64,000 nucleotides of DNA. It comes from an uncultured Gemmatimonadales bacterium (GTDB lineage: Bacteria; Gemmatimonadota; Gemmatimonadetes; Gemmatimonadales; GWC2-71-9). A program made the position numbers and the translations under genes. The DNA lies in contig CAWCVB010000006.1 in NCBI GenBank assembly GCA_963798915.1, positions 64,001 to 128,000 of the forward strand, in the 5' to 3' direction. The notes beneath the pieces were generated by a model. That model searched no databases and was not told the origin of the DNA. It was given only the letters and a program-made list of their open reading frames with translations. Position 1 is the first letter of the stretch. Every line of letters begins with the position of its first letter. Shown piece after piece: positions 62,896 to 64,000 of this stretch.

Positions 62896-63804
62896 ATGGC
62901 CACTCCCGTTTCCGCACCTCAATTGGTCGTGCTCGCGGCCGGCCTGGGCCGGCGCTTCGGCGGCCTGAAGCAGCTGACCGGAGTCGGCCCTGGCGGCGCC
63001 ACCCTGCTGGAATATTCGCTGTTCGATGCGCGCCAGGCCGGCTTTGGGCGAGTGACGTTCGTCATTCGGCCCGAGATGCAGGGCGACTTTCGGAGTTTCG
63101 CAGAAGGCCGCCTGCCGCCGAGTCTCGAGTGGAATCTTTGCCTTCAGCGTATGGAGGACGTGCCGCCGGGGAGCGTGACACCGGGCGGCCGCAGGCGGCC
63201 ATGGGGTACCGCGCATGCGGTGCTGGCCGCCGAGTCCAGTGTGAGCGGCCCGTTTGGCGTCGTGAATGCCGATGATTTTTATGGACGCGAAGCCTTTCAC
63301 GCCATGGCGTCCTTTCTGGCGTCGGACCGACCCGACTGGGCGCTTGTGGGCTATGAGCTCGGCGCGACCCTGTCACCGGCAGGTGGGGTCAATCGCGGAC
63401 TGCTCGCGCTGGCCGACGATGGCACCCTCGCAAGTATCGAAGAGGTCATGGACCTGGTCCGTACAGAGGAAGGCGCCATTACCGGACTGGGCGAGGCGGG
63501 CCCGCGCATCGTGAACGGCAAAGCGCTCGTCTCCATGAATTTCTGGGGGCTGGAGCCGTCGGTCTTTGGCGGGCTCCGATCGGGATTTCGCCGGTTCCTG
63601 GAAGGCGCCGACATTGAGCACGATGAATACCCGCTTCCTGTGGCGATGCAGGACCTGATCCAGGACGGCGAGCGCCGAATAGCGGTGCTCGCCAGCGCCA
63701 GCCGCTGGTTTGGCGTCACCTATCACGAAGACCTTGTCGCAGTGCGAACGGCGCTCGAGCAGCTCGTCGCATCCGGCCACTATCCGGAGCGGCTGTGGAG
63801 CTGA
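62896..63804 (+). CDS. Sugar-phosphate nucleotidyltransferase family protein
   Basis: LAAGLGRRFGGLKQ, PWGTAHA, NADDFYG, VSMNFWG, WFGVTY. Confidence 0.88.
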   Translation: MATPVSAPQLVVLAAGLGRRFGGLKQLTGVGPGGATLLEYSLFDARQAGFGRVTFVIRPEMQGDFRSFAEGRLPPSLEWNLCLQRMEDVPPGSVTPGGRRRPWGTAHAVLAAESSVSGPFGVVNADDFYGREAFHAMASFLASDRPDWALVGYELGATLSPAGGVNRGLLALADDGTLASIEEVMDLVRTEEGAITGLGEAGPRIVNGKALVSMNFWGLEPSVFGGLRSGFRRFLEGADIEHDEYPLPVAMQDLIQDGERRIAVLASASRWFGVTYHEDLVAVRTALEQLVASGHYPERLWS

Positions 63805-64000
63805 TGCCGCGGGAAGTGCAGCGCTTCGCATTCGATGGCGTCCCCGACGAGGTCACCGCCCTGCCAGGTGGTCACATCAATCAATCCTTTCATGTCACGT
63901 GCACCGGGCCTGCCGGCCCACGAGGCTACCTGCTGCAGCGGCTGAATCGGCAGGTCTTCCCGGATGGCATGGCGGTCATGGGCAATGTTGCCGCGATTAC
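63804..64000 (+). CDS. Aminoglycoside-phosphotransferase-fold sugar kinase (NahK-like), partial
   Basis: Translated by hand from ATG 63804: MPREVQRFAFDG...GGHINQSF...YLLQRLNRQVF; runs off the window. Confidence 0.75.
   Translation, partial: MPREVQRFAFDGVPDEVTALPGGHINQSFHVTCTGPAGPRGYLLQRLNRQVFPDGMAVMGNVAAI

Overview
High-GC core-chromosome segment, most likely from a Gemmatimonadota (Gemmatimonadales-like) bacterium; the taxonomy is inferred from gene content and order. Genes from ~0.7 to 23.2 kb are on the + strand (trpG-like, two amidohydrolases, peptidases, pyrG-lptC-lptA-like-lptB-rpoN, a glycosylation cluster, dapF). Genes from ~23.9 to 62.9 kb are on the - strand (tRNA-Arg, surE/pcm, gpsA-plsY-der, tRNA-Gly, phhA, larC-like, uvrC, murJ, bshC, gdh, lpxK-like-fabZ-ompH-bamA, clpC-mcsB-mcsA, lolD/lolC-E, lysS, frameshifted prfB, GGDEF protein, Clp-N/CAX fusion, era). 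The two blocks converge on a clear XerCD dif site at 23537-23564, so the window probably spans the replication terminus. No mobile elements or CRISPR arrays were seen. Most interesting: (1) the Kdo and lipid A genes are missing from two loci that usually carry them, while the Lpt bridge and a degenerate LpxK are kept; (2) a Ca2+/H+ antiporter is fused to a Clp N-terminal domain near mcsA-mcsB-clpC; (3) a methyltransferase is coupled to bshC, possibly making N-methyl-bacillithiol; (4) lptB has an N-terminal extension and a +1 frameshift.
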